A stretch of DNA of 64,000 nt from an uncultured Pelagibacteraceae bacterium (GCA_902617645.1 CACMXM010000001.1:14187-78186), one strand, 5' to 3'. Shown: positions 53,564-62,117, counted from the first letter of the stretch. The notes: generated by a model not told the origin, from the letters alone. Numbers and translations: made by a program.

Positions 53564-54997
53564 TTACTTTTTGCTAACTTTTTTTGCTTTGGGTGGCTTC
53601 TTACTTACAGATTTTATTTTTTTCTTTGTTTGTTTTTTTTCAATTGGTGCATCATTCTCTTTATCTAGAATATTATCACCACTATCACGACTCTTAGCTT
53701 TAATTTGCTTTTCATTTTCTACTTTTAAAATCTTTTCAGCTTCTTCTTTATTAATTGTTTTTTTGTTAGTTTTTGCTTTCAATTTTATTGCCTCAATAAT
53801 TTTCTCCTCATAAATATTTCCTCGTAAACTGGCAACTGCTGATGGGTTTTTCTGATAATACTCCATTAAAAACTTTTCTTGACCTGGCATCATTCTTAAT
53901 TGTTTCTGTATTTCAGCTTGAATTTCATTTTCTTCGATTTTGATTTTATTTGCTTCTCCAAATTCATTAAGCACCAATCCAACTTTTATTCTTTGTATTG
54001 CTTTTTTTTCGAATTCTTTGCTCTTTTTTTTTACTTCATCTTCTTTTAAACCCTCAGTAATTATTTTAACTTCTTGATCTACTAAATTTTGAGGTATTTC
54101 ACTTACATTGTATTTTTCAATTTGATCAAGGATTTGTTTTTTGGAAAGCATATTTAGAGAGTTCTTGTATTCTTGATTAATTTGTTTCTCTAACAAAGAT
54201 TTAAGATCATTTAAATCTTTTGCACCTAAATTTTTAGCAAATTCATCATTAATAGAAACTTTTTCAGGATTTTTTACAAATAATATTTTGCATAAAAATT
54301 CAGCATTTTTATTTGCAACTTCTTTTTCAGGAAAGTTTTCTGGTAATTTGATCAGAATTTTTTTTTCGTCATTTTTTTTTAGACCAACTAACTGTTTGTC
54401 GAACCCTTTAATAAATAAGTCTTTACCAAGTTCTAATTGTGTATTTTTTCCATCATTACCTTTAAAATTTTTTCCATCTACAGTAGCTGTATAATCAAAT
54501 GATACTAAATCGCCATTTTTTGAAATAGCATTTTCATTTTCCTTAAAATTTTTTTGATTTTTTGCAATTTCTTCTATTCTTTTATCAATTTCTTTTTTAT
54601 CAATAGTTACTTCGTACTCATCAACTTTAATATTTTCTATTTGTTTTAAATCTATTTTTGGAAGTTCTGTAACTGAAATTATATATTCTAAATCCTTATC
54701 TTCACCATAAGTTTTTAGATCTATTTTTGGCTGTCCTGCAGGTTTGATTTTGTTGTCACTTAACGCCTTGGCACTTGTTTCTTTAAGAACTTTATCCAAT
54801 ACTTCACCAAATATAGCTTTTCCAAATTGTCTTTTTAATACTTCTTTTGGAACTTTCCCTGGCCTAAATCCTTTCAATTGAACAGTTTTTGAAACCTCTT
54901 CATATCTTTCATTCAAATGATTATCTATAATTTTCTTTTCAATAAAGATTTTTAAATCTTTACTTAAACCCTTTTTATTTTGAACTGTAACTTTCAT
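53564..54997 (-). CDS. tig: Trigger factor
   Basis: Ribosome-binding GFRPGKVP and an FKBP domain (FIKGFDKQL); tig-clpP-clpX-lon synteny. Confidence 0.97.
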   Translation of the reverse strand: MKVTVQNKKGLSKDLKIFIEKKIIDNHLNERYEEVSKTVQLKGFRPGKVPKEVLKRQFGKAIFGEVLDKVLKETSAKALSDNKIKPAGQPKIDLKTYGEDKDLEYIISVTELPKIDLKQIENIKVDEYEVTIDKKEIDKRIEEIAKNQKNFKENENAISKNGDLVSFDYTATVDGKNFKGNDGKNTQLELGKDLFIKGFDKQLVGLKKNDEKKILIKLPENFPEKEVANKNAEFLCKILFVKNPEKVSINDEFAKNLGAKDLNDLKSLLEKQINQEYKNSLNMLSKKQILDQIEKYNVSEIPQNLVDQEVKIITEGLKEDEVKKKSKEFEKKAIQRIKVGLVLNEFGEANKIKIEENEIQAEIQKQLRMMPGQEKFLMEYYQKNPSAVASLRGNIYEEKIIEAIKLKAKTNKKTINKEEAEKILKVENEKQIKAKSRDSGDNILDKENDAPIEKKQTKKKIKSVSKKPPKAKKVSKK

Positions 54998-55007
54998 AAT
55001 ATTATAA

Positions 55008-55092
55008 TGGTAGGCGAGAAAGGACTCGAACCTTCACATGTTGCCATATTGGTTCCTAAGACCAACGCGTCTACCAATTCCGCCACTCGCCC
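55008..55092 (-). tRNA. tRNA-Leu(TAG)
   Basis: GGGCGAGTGGCGGAATTGGTAGACGCGTTGGTCT-TAG-GAACCAATATGGCAACATGTGAAGGTTCGAGTCCTTTCTCGCCTACCA; 85 nt with a long variable arm. Confidence 0.98.
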
Positions 55093-55174
55093 GAATTATT
55101 GCTGTTTTATATATTATAGAACTAATTTGTCCAATCCGAATATTTGTGTAAAAGTATCTAAATTTAAAAAAAAT

Positions 55175-55423
55175 ATGATTATTTCACCTTGTATTAGTAT
55201 TTGTAAAACAGATCCTGTGAGTAGATTATGTTATGGTTGTGCTAGAAATAATGAAGAAAAAAGAATATGGAAAGAAGAGAACACTACTGATGAATGGAAA
55301 ATCAAAAATTTAGAGAAAATAAAAAGTAGACTATCAGGCTGGCAGCTTGAAAGCTTCAAACAATCTTACAACAACAAAATTAAAGAAGGAATTTCTTTAT
55401 ATAAGAAAGTGCAAAAAAAATGA
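55175..55423 (+). CDS. DUF1289 (YdhL-like) Cys-rich putative Fe-S protein, 82 aa
   Basis: MIISPCISICKTDPVSRLCYGCAR..EE...W is the SPCxxxC...CxGCxR pattern. I set the start at ATG 55175 because the longer track ORF runs through tRNA-Leu. Confidence 0.85.
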   Translation: MIISPCISICKTDPVSRLCYGCARNNEEKRIWKEENTTDEWKIKNLEKIKSRLSGWQLESFKQSYNNKIKEGISLYKKVQKK

Positions 55424-55587
55424 AGCTTATGAATATAGTAGTAATAATTTATATTATTGGAATAATCATTGGTGCGATTTTTTTTAACTTGTGGGGTACT
55501 GGAAATCTTATCAAACCATTGATAGCTTTGTTATGGACAGCTCTCTTTCTTATCGCAATTGTTTATGTCGATAGAAAATCTGAATAA
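55420..55587 (+). CDS. Unannotated 55-aa two-TM membrane microprotein
   Basis: My translation: MKLMNIVVIIYIIGIIIGAIFFNLWGTGNLIKPLIALLWTALFLIAIVYVDRKSE. It has an ATGA overlap with the DUF1289 stop and exactly fills the gap to the UDG gene. Confidence 0.75.
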   Translation: MKLMNIVVIIYIIGIIIGAIFFNLWGTGNLIKPLIALLWTALFLIAIVYVDRKSE

Positions 55588-56236
55588 TTCCATTATTAAA
55601 TGCAAGAAATGTCCACGACTAGTTAAATTTAGAAAAAAAATATCAATCCAAAAGAGAAAGCAATTTATGAGCCAAACCTATTGGGGAAAACCAATTACTG
55701 GTTTTGGTGATATTAAAAGTAAGATTTTGTTAGTAGGTCTTGCGCCAGCTGCACATGGTGGTAATAGAACAGGACGTGTATTTACCGGAGATAAATCCTC
55801 TGATTTTTTATACAAATGTCTCTTTAAGGCTAAAATTGCCAATCAATCTACCTCGACTCATTTGGATGATGGATTAAAATTAAAAAAATCATTCATTACA
55901 ACAGCTTTAAAATGTGTTCCACCTGAGGACAAACCATTAAAACAAGAATTAGATAATTGTTTTAAATTTTTTAATTTAGAAATTAATCAACTAAAAAATT
56001 TAAAAGTTATTATTGCATTAGGAAAAATTGGTTTTGATGCGTGTGTTTATTACTTTAAATCAAATTATGATTTTAAAGAAAAAATTAAATTTAGTCATGG
56101 TAAGATTTTTAAAGTTTCTAAAGGTATTTTATTAGTCGGCTGTTATCATCCAAGTCCTAGAAATGTAAATACTGGAAGAATAAGCGAAAGTAAAATGACT
56201 TATTTATTAAAAAAAGTAATTAAATTAGTCAATTAA
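55565..56236 (+). CDS. Uracil-DNA glycosylase, family 5 (UdgB-like, 4Fe-4S)
   Basis: Motifs CKKCPRL, GLAPAAHGGNRTGRVFTGD, KCVPP..KP...E...C and YHPS; ATG at 55565. Confidence 0.92.
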   Translation: MSIENLNNSIIKCKKCPRLVKFRKKISIQKRKQFMSQTYWGKPITGFGDIKSKILLVGLAPAAHGGNRTGRVFTGDKSSDFLYKCLFKAKIANQSTSTHLDDGLKLKKSFITTALKCVPPEDKPLKQELDNCFKFFNLEINQLKNLKVIIALGKIGFDACVYYFKSNYDFKEKIKFSHGKIFKVSKGILLVGCYHPSPRNVNTGRISESKMTYLLKKVIKLVN

Positions 56237-56620
56237 TTTTTTTAATATACTTGGAATTCTTACTGGTTTTCCTTTTTTATTAACAGTCACAAGGACTACA
56301 TCTGCCTCAGAAATAATATCAAATTTTTTTTTGATTACCTGTCGCATTTTAAAAGAAGAATTTTTAACTTCTTTTATATTTGAGATAATTTCAATCTCAT
56401 CTTCAAACTTTGCAGGTTTTTTGTATTCAATATTGCATGTTTTGACTATTATTATTACTCCCTCTTTTTCTAGAATTTCTTTATTAGACAAACCTAAAGA
56501 GTATATTGCCTCAGATCTTGCTCTCTCAAGAAATTTTAAATAGTTAGCATAATAAACTACTCCACCAGCATCTGTATCCTCGTAATAAATCTTGGTTACA
56601 TACTTAAATTCTTTTGACAT
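56225..56620 (-). CDS. ybgC: YbgC/FadM-family acyl-CoA thioesterase
   Basis: Motifs YYEDTDAGGVVYYANYLKFLERAR and C-terminal KPVRIP. Confidence 0.9.
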   Translation of the reverse strand: MSKEFKYVTKIYYEDTDAGGVVYYANYLKFLERARSEAIYSLGLSNKEILEKEGVIIIVKTCNIEYKKPAKFEDEIEIISNIKEVKNSSFKMRQVIKKKFDIISEADVVLVTVNKKGKPVRIPSILKKLID

Positions 56621-56672
56621 AATCTAATACTATCAAAATAGTATTTTTTTTTATACTAATGAATTTATAAAA

Positions 56673-56813
56673 ATGAAAATTTATATCATTTGGCTTATTG
56701 GTGTTGTTATTTGGAATTTCGGAGTTCCTAATGCTACTCCTCTTGAGGATGTTATAGTTGCAATTGTTCTATCTTTTTTTTCAATCGTAATGAAAAAATA
56801 TTTTAAACCCTAG
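56673..56813 (+). CDS. Unannotated 46-aa membrane hairpin microprotein
   Basis: My translation: MKIYIIWLIGVVIWNFGVPNATPLEDVIVAIVLSFFSIVMKKYFKP. It has two hydrophobic segments, fills the intergenic gap, and its TAG abuts the DUF3047 stop. Confidence 0.72.
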   Translation: MKIYIIWLIGVVIWNFGVPNATPLEDVIVAIVLSFFSIVMKKYFKP

Positions 56814-57455
56814 CTATTGACTAGAAAAATAAATGTTTTGATAATACGAAACAGCCTTTAATTTAGAATTATCTGTATCAGTCATTATAGCAACACCATT
56901 GAGTTCATTTACGTCAAGATCATGCAATAATTTAAAATGCTCCTTAACATTAGCCTTGACTGTAACCCACTCATTTAAGTTTTCTTTGGTAGTTGATAGA
57001 ACATAATCTATTGATTTCTTTGTATAAGGGCTTCGCCAATATTTGCCAATTTCATTGTTGCTCGAAAAAACGTAATTTACAGCTCTATTTGAGAGAGCAG
57101 TTGATCCTGTTTTTTTTACAACGAATACTCTAGCTGCAAAGTCGTGCCCTTTTTTTGAATTTTCATTTATGCCAGTTAAATCTTTCTCAATTTTCCATGT
57201 AATATTAATTATTGGGGTTTTATTTAAATCTATTAGCACCTCTTTACCCAAGCCTGATCCGACACCCTCGGCCTCGGCTTTGATGAAGTTTCCACTCTCA
57301 TTAGAACCTAGCGTCCAGGTGGTTTCACCTTTTACTTTTCTTTTTTTAAGTTGTCCAAATTCTTCATTGGTAAAATCAAAAACTTTTAAAGTTTCTGATT
57401 TTACGGAAGTTGTAACAAACAAAGATAAAATTAATATCTGGATAAATATTTTCAT
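56814..57455 (-). CDS. DUF3047-family exported protein
   Basis: Signal peptide from ATG 57455 (MKIFIQ...). Motifs W...E.SK.GHDFAARVFV, NYVFS, SPYT and AIMTDTDNS...Y.NIYF. Confidence 0.82.
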   Translation of the reverse strand: MKIFIQILILSLFVTTSVKSETLKVFDFTNEEFGQLKKRKVKGETTWTLGSNESGNFIKAEAEGVGSGLGKEVLIDLNKTPIINITWKIEKDLTGINENSKKGHDFAARVFVVKKTGSTALSNRAVNYVFSSNNEIGKYWRSPYTKKSIDYVLSTTKENLNEWVTVKANVKEHFKLLHDLDVNELNGVAIMTDTDNSKLKAVSYYQNIYFSSQ

Positions 57456-57562
57456 TTTGGGACTTATATATAGCATGGATTGATACAATAAATATTTATA
57501 ATTTCATACTTTAGACAAGATTAAGACAATCAAAAATCAAAATTAACTACTAAGTTTTGGTT

Positions 57563-57769
57563 ATGAAACAAATTATTTATATATCAATTTTTTTATTTTT
57601 GACAAATTGCAGCACACATAGTGTTAAATTAGGTAAAAGATGTACTAAAATAGCCGAAGATAATACTTATGAAAAATCTCTAATATGGTTAATTGATAAG
57701 AAGAGTATTGAGAGTTTTGACCAAAAAATAAACAAAAAAAACTGTGAAATTAACGGAGAGAATGGATGA
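57563..57769 (+). CDS. Small hypothetical lipoprotein, 68 aa
   Basis: MKQIIYISIFLFLTN-C lipobox, plus two further Cys (KRC, KNC) that could form a disulfide. Confidence 0.75.
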   Translation: MKQIIYISIFLFLTNCSTHSVKLGKRCTKIAEDNTYEKSLIWLIDKKSIESFDQKINKKNCEINGENG

Positions 57770-57894
57770 AAACCCTCTCAATCATGGCATTATTAGTATA
57801 TTGGTCGGTTATAATTTTAGCACCAGTTATAGCTAACGAACAAAGCAAATATGCTGATAAAATAGTTTACCCGAAAAAGAAGCCTAGTAAGTAG
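57766..57894 (+). CDS. Unannotated 42-aa exported or membrane-anchored micropeptide
   Basis: My translation: MKTLSIMALLVYWSVIILAPVIANEQSKYADKIVYPKKKPSK. GGAGAG Shine-Dalgarno-like sequence upstream and an ATGA overlap with the lipoprotein stop. Confidence 0.62.
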   Translation: MKTLSIMALLVYWSVIILAPVIANEQSKYADKIVYPKKKPSK

Positions 57895-58627
57895 ATCTTC
57901 CACCACTAATATCAAAAACCGCAGCGGTTGAAAAAGAGTTCTCTTCTGAGGATAGCCAGCAAACAAGGGAAGATAATTCATCTAACTCTAAAAATCTTCC
58001 TCTTGGAACTTTTGATAACATTCTTTGAACGTGTTCTTTTGTCATTTGATCTAAAATTCTTGTTTTTGCACCAGCGGGGGTAACAGCATTAACTGCTATG
58101 TTATATTGAGCTAATTCTTTACCCAATGATTTTGTTAGACCTAGTACACCAGCTTTTGCTGAGCTATATGCGCTAGCATTAGCATTTCCATCTTTACCTG
58201 AAACTGAGGCTATATTTACAATTCTACCGTAATTGTTTTTTATCATTAAAGGAACTATCAATTTACAACAAATATAAGTTCCATTTAAATTCACATTTAT
58301 TACTTTATTCCAGTCATCAACTGAATAATTCCATAATTCAGCTGTAGGTCCTGTAATTCCTGCATTATTAATCAGTATATCTATTTTTGAATTTTTTAAA
58401 TTTTTAATGGTTTTATTTACTGATTCAAAATCAGTAACATCAACTACATCATATTTTAAATTTTCATTATTCTCTTTTTTTATAACTTTGTTTAACTCAT
58501 TTTCGTCATTGTCCCATATTCTCACTTGAGCTCCCGAATTAATAAATTTTTTAGCAATATCTAGACCAAAGCCTTGAGCGCCACCAGTTACTATTGCAAT
58601 TTTACTTTTTAGATCAAAATTATTCAT
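57884..58627 (-). CDS. Short-chain dehydrogenase/reductase (FabG-like; resembles the 2-keto-3-deoxy-L-rhamnonate dehydrogenase LRA5 subfamily)
   Basis: Motifs TGGAQGFG, NNAGITG, catalytic YSSAK and C-terminal FSTAAVFDISGGRSTY. The subfamily call is from recalled sequence similarity. Confidence 0.85.
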   Translation of the reverse strand: MNNFDLKSKIAIVTGGAQGFGLDIAKKFINSGAQVRIWDNDENELNKVIKKENNENLKYDVVDVTDFESVNKTIKNLKNSKIDILINNAGITGPTAELWNYSVDDWNKVINVNLNGTYICCKLIVPLMIKNNYGRIVNIASVSGKDGNANASAYSSAKAGVLGLTKSLGKELAQYNIAVNAVTPAGAKTRILDQMTKEHVQRMLSKVPRGRFLELDELSSLVCWLSSEENSFSTAAVFDISGGRSTY

Positions 58628-60083
58628 TGCTAGATGCTAGCAGATAATAAGTTACAAAAACAACAAAAGCTCCGATTAACCATGAAAAAGTTTGCAAAAA
58701 TTGCATATTTACATTCCATATCGTTGAGGAAGCAAATATAAAACCAATTACTACGGCATATATCGCTTTATAGTTCCAACCATTAGAATAAATATATGCG
58801 CTTCCTGGTTTAGAGGAGAAAATATCTTTATTAATAATATTACCTTTTTTAATTAAATAATAATCACAAACAATTAATCCAAAAAGTGGCCCAAAAAATG
58901 ATCCAATTGTATCAATAAAAGATAAAATTCCTATTTGACTTAATATTGGTAGCCAAAACACACTTATTAATAATCCAAAAAAAACAATTAATAGACCACT
59001 AGATTTCAAATTTAAATTTTTGGGCACAAAATTTAACAAAGTATTTTGTGAGGGGATGTAATTTGCAACAAGGTTGGTTGATAGAGAGGCAACAACAATA
59101 AAAAACAATGAAATCACTGTTAAGTATGTATTATCAATTTTTCCAATTATATCTGTTGGGTTGGTCAAAAATCTTTCTGCTTGCGTTACATTAGAATTAA
59201 TTATGATATCTGCACCAAGAGTTAATAGGACTGAAAATAAAGAAAATAAAATTAAATTAAGTATCAAACTTAAATTACCTTTAAATAAATGATTTTTATC
59301 TTTTGCATATCTAGAATAATCACCAAAATTAAGTAATAATATTGAAAAAAAAGCGAACATAGTCCCAGTAACTGAAATGAAAGGTGAAATATTTTGCTCT
59401 TGAAAAATATTATCGGAGATTATCAATTGATTAAAAGATAAAAATAATTTTTGACTATTCTCTGATACAACAATAATCAAGAATACTATCAAGCCAAAGT
59501 AAACAAATAATGCAGAAAATTTAATTATTGATTTAGTTAAATGATGACCTTTTGTAAAAAGATAGTATTGGAAAATAAATGTAATTATTAACGCAATCCA
59601 ATCTATTAAGTTTAAAGATAAGAAAAAGAAAAGAAATAGTTCTTTATCTAGGATATTTGGATCAATATAAAATAAAGATATTCTAATTAAATATACTATA
59701 GATTTTGAAATAAAAAATGTTTGAACACCAAAAAAGAAAATACCAATGATACCTCTTAACATTGCGAAATATCTTGCAGCATTTAAACCAATAGAAATTC
59801 TAAGTAAAACAGGGAATGGCACTCCATGTTTTTGGGATAAATTGCCAATTAAATTTGAAAGAAGGTATACAAGGATAGAAGCAAAAACACTTCCTGATAA
59901 AACTATTAAAAAGTTTAAGTCATATATTATATATAATGATGCAATAAGAGAAAATCCTATAAGACTTTGTATATTTACAGCCCAAAAACAAAAAAAATCT
60001 GTCCACTTCCAATTTTTATCAATAGGATTTACCGAAACAATTTCCCAATTTATAAGTTGAAATTTTTCTTTATCTTGATTCAC
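58620..60083 (-). CDS. NCS1 nucleobase:cation symporter family permease
   Basis: About 12 TM helices with GVPFPVLLR, FGVQT, NFGDYSRY, STNLVAN, GPLFGLIVCDYY and Y.NGWN; GTG start. Confidence 0.88.
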   Translation of the reverse strand: MNQDKEKFQLINWEIVSVNPIDKNWKWTDFFCFWAVNIQSLIGFSLIASLYIIYDLNFLIVLSGSVFASILVYLLSNLIGNLSQKHGVPFPVLLRISIGLNAARYFAMLRGIIGIFFFGVQTFFISKSIVYLIRISLFYIDPNILDKELFLFFFLSLNLIDWIALIITFIFQYYLFTKGHHLTKSIIKFSALFVYFGLIVFLIIVVSENSQKLFLSFNQLIISDNIFQEQNISPFISVTGTMFAFFSILLLNFGDYSRYAKDKNHLFKGNLSLILNLILFSLFSVLLTLGADIIINSNVTQAERFLTNPTDIIGKIDNTYLTVISLFFIVVASLSTNLVANYIPSQNTLLNFVPKNLNLKSSGLLIVFFGLLISVFWLPILSQIGILSFIDTIGSFFGPLFGLIVCDYYLIKKGNIINKDIFSSKPGSAYIYSNGWNYKAIYAVVIGFIFASSTIWNVNMQFLQTFSWLIGAFVVFVTYYLLASSNE

Positions 60084-60107
60084 TCTTACATATTAAGCAT
60101 ATATAAA

Positions 60108-61442
60108 CTACTGTCCATACAACATAGAAGGTAACCAAAGAACAATCTTGGGAAATATTATGATAATTAGAAGCCCAATAATTTGAAGAACCATAAATTG
60201 CATCATTCCAATATAAATATCTTTTAAATCCCATTCAGGAACAACCCCTTTTAAAAAATAAGCTGACAATGCTACTGGAGGTGACAGCCAGGCGGTTTGT
60301 AAATTTACAGCAACTAGTATAGCGAACCATGTTAAATTAAACCCAAGAGCCTCAACAAGTGGTAATATTATAGGTACAATTATCATAACAATTGGTACCC
60401 ACTCCAGAGGCCAACCTAAAAGAAAAATCATTACCATTATCATTCCAAGAATAAGATACTTGTTCATTTCTAAACCTAGTAAAAATTCTGTTAACATAGT
60501 TGGTGTACCTAATCTTGCAAATACCGCTCCAAAAAAATTTGAGGCTGCAACTAAAACCATAATTAATGCTGTTATTTCAAGAGTTTTAACTAAAGCATCC
60601 TGTAATTTTGGAAGAGTTAATTTTTTATATGCTAATGAAAGAAGTAAAGCACCCATAGCTCCACATCCCGCAGCTTCTGTTGGTGTTGCAAATCCAAATA
60701 AAATACTTCCAAGTGCTGCAAAAACTAGTGCTGCAGGAGGGACTAAACCAAGAAGAAATTCAATCCATACCTCTTTCATGCTTGTTGCTCTCATATCCTC
60801 AGGTAAAGGAGGCCCTAAGTTTGGATTTAACATACATCTTATTGTCGTGTAAGCGGCATATAAACTTGCAAGTAAAATTCCTGGTAAAATTGCTGCTGCA
60901 AATAAATCAATAACAGGTATCTCCATGATAGGACCCATTACTACAAGCATAATACTTGGTGGTATCAATATTCCTAATGTTCCACCAGCTGTTATGGTTC
61001 CTGCGGCTAATCTCACATCATACTTAGATCTATTCATAGATTTCGCAGCCATTATTCCAAGAATAGTAACTGAGGCACCAACAATACCTGTAGCGGCAGC
61101 AAATATTACTGATACAAATAATACTGCGTAATATAAAGAACCTTTAACTCTTGCCAGCATCAATTGAAATGCTGAAAATAATCTTTCCATTAATCCGGCT
61201 TGTTCCATCATTATACCCATAAATACAAAGAGCGGTACGGCGGCGAGTGTTTGTTCTGTCATCACCATAGAAAATTGTAGTGTCATTAAATAGAAAACTA
61301 ATTTTCCAAAACCTAAATAACCAAAAACAAAACCTAAAAATATTAATGTAAATGAAATTGGAAAACCTACAAATATTGCAAATAGCATTACTCCAACAAG
61401 AATAAAACCTAGGATTGCTGGGTCTATAAATTCAGCTATCAT
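60108..61442 (-). CDS. TRAP transporter large permease (DctM)
   Basis: Motifs LAAVPLFVFMG, AAATGIVGAS, GTLGILIPPS, ATPTEAA and LSPP. Confidence 0.95.
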   Translation of the reverse strand: MIAEFIDPAILGFILVGVMLFAIFVGFPISFTLIFLGFVFGYLGFGKLVFYLMTLQFSMVMTEQTLAAVPLFVFMGIMMEQAGLMERLFSAFQLMLARVKGSLYYAVLFVSVIFAAATGIVGASVTILGIMAAKSMNRSKYDVRLAAGTITAGGTLGILIPPSIMLVVMGPIMEIPVIDLFAAAILPGILLASLYAAYTTIRCMLNPNLGPPLPEDMRATSMKEVWIEFLLGLVPPAALVFAALGSILFGFATPTEAAGCGAMGALLLSLAYKKLTLPKLQDALVKTLEITALIMVLVAASNFFGAVFARLGTPTMLTEFLLGLEMNKYLILGMIMVMIFLLGWPLEWVPIVMIIVPIILPLVEALGFNLTWFAILVAVNLQTAWLSPPVALSAYFLKGVVPEWDLKDIYIGMMQFMVLQIIGLLIIIIFPKIVLWLPSMLYGQ

Positions 61443-62053
61443 TTAGTTTCTCCAGGCCACTCACCTTTTTTAGCTGCCCAATAACTTTTGAGTAACTCAG
61501 AAACTCCTTGGACTAGTAAAAATATTATACCAATGAGTAAACAACTTTTTATTGGCCACATATAAGGCATCCAAGTGGTATCCATGCCTCTTTCTCCTCT
61601 TTGAATTGATTCTCCAACAAATCCAATTGTCATATATAGAAAAACAATTAATCCAGGAAAATAAAATAGTAGGTATAACCAAAAATCTATTAGACCTTGA
61701 TTTTTAATTTTAAAATTTCTGTATAAAAAATCTGCTCTTATATGAACTCCCCTAGAGAGAGCATAACCTGCACCTAGCATAAACAGGGCACCATATAAAA
61801 AACGACTTATATCATATGCCCATATAGTAGGAGCTAAAAATAATTTTCTTGCAAGGACTTCGTAGGTCATTGCAAAAATAAGTGGCATTAATATCCAACA
61901 GACAATATTTCCGATCCACTTACTAAATTTATCAATATTAACTATACACTTTGCCATCCATACTGGCATATCAACAGGCATCTTGCCAGTGCTTCCACGC
62001 CTTTCAGCAATCATTTCATCTGAAATATCTAGTTTGGAAGGTTCGTCATTCAT
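61439..62053 (-). CDS. TRAP transporter small permease (DctQ)
   Basis: Four TM helices; YEV.AR.LF.APTIWAYD and GYAL..GVHIRAD. Confidence 0.93.
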   Translation of the reverse strand: MNDEPSKLDISDEMIAERRGSTGKMPVDMPVWMAKCIVNIDKFSKWIGNIVCWILMPLIFAMTYEVLARKLFLAPTIWAYDISRFLYGALFMLGAGYALSRGVHIRADFLYRNFKIKNQGLIDFWLYLLFYFPGLIVFLYMTIGFVGESIQRGERGMDTTWMPYMWPIKSCLLIGIIFLLVQGVSELLKSYWAAKKGEWPGETK

Positions 62054-62064
62054 AAGTTCTTTTT

Positions 62065-62097
62065 AAAAAAATAGAGCGGACTAAAAAGTCCGCTCTA
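62065..62097 (-). terminator. Intrinsic terminator or stabilising hairpin between dctP and dctQ
   Basis: Perfect 11-bp stem TAGAGCGGACT-aaaa-AGTCCGCTCTA (62072-62097), followed on the minus strand by U7 (A7 at 62065-62071). Confidence 0.8.
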
Positions 62098-62117
62098 AAT
62101 ATTTTTTTATATTTTTA

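Noticed and set aside
55119-55132. GAAC-N6-GTCC upstream of the DUF1289-UDG unit as an SOS box
   Set aside because: The spacer is 6 rather than 7 nt and the second half-site mismatches.
54980-55174. N-terminal 65 aa of the 147-aa track ORF
   Set aside because: It is the antisense read-through of tRNA-Leu and the tig start. The DUF1289 domain begins at ATG 55175.
60460-61131. Plus-strand ORFs antisense to dctM, and similar shadow ORFs at 2416, 17304, 21604, 22099, 24392, 27898, 42418, 51042, 53478, 57169 and 59746
   Set aside because: They lie wholly or largely opposite conserved genes and have no motifs or RBS. Such ORFs are expected from codon bias on the antisense strand.
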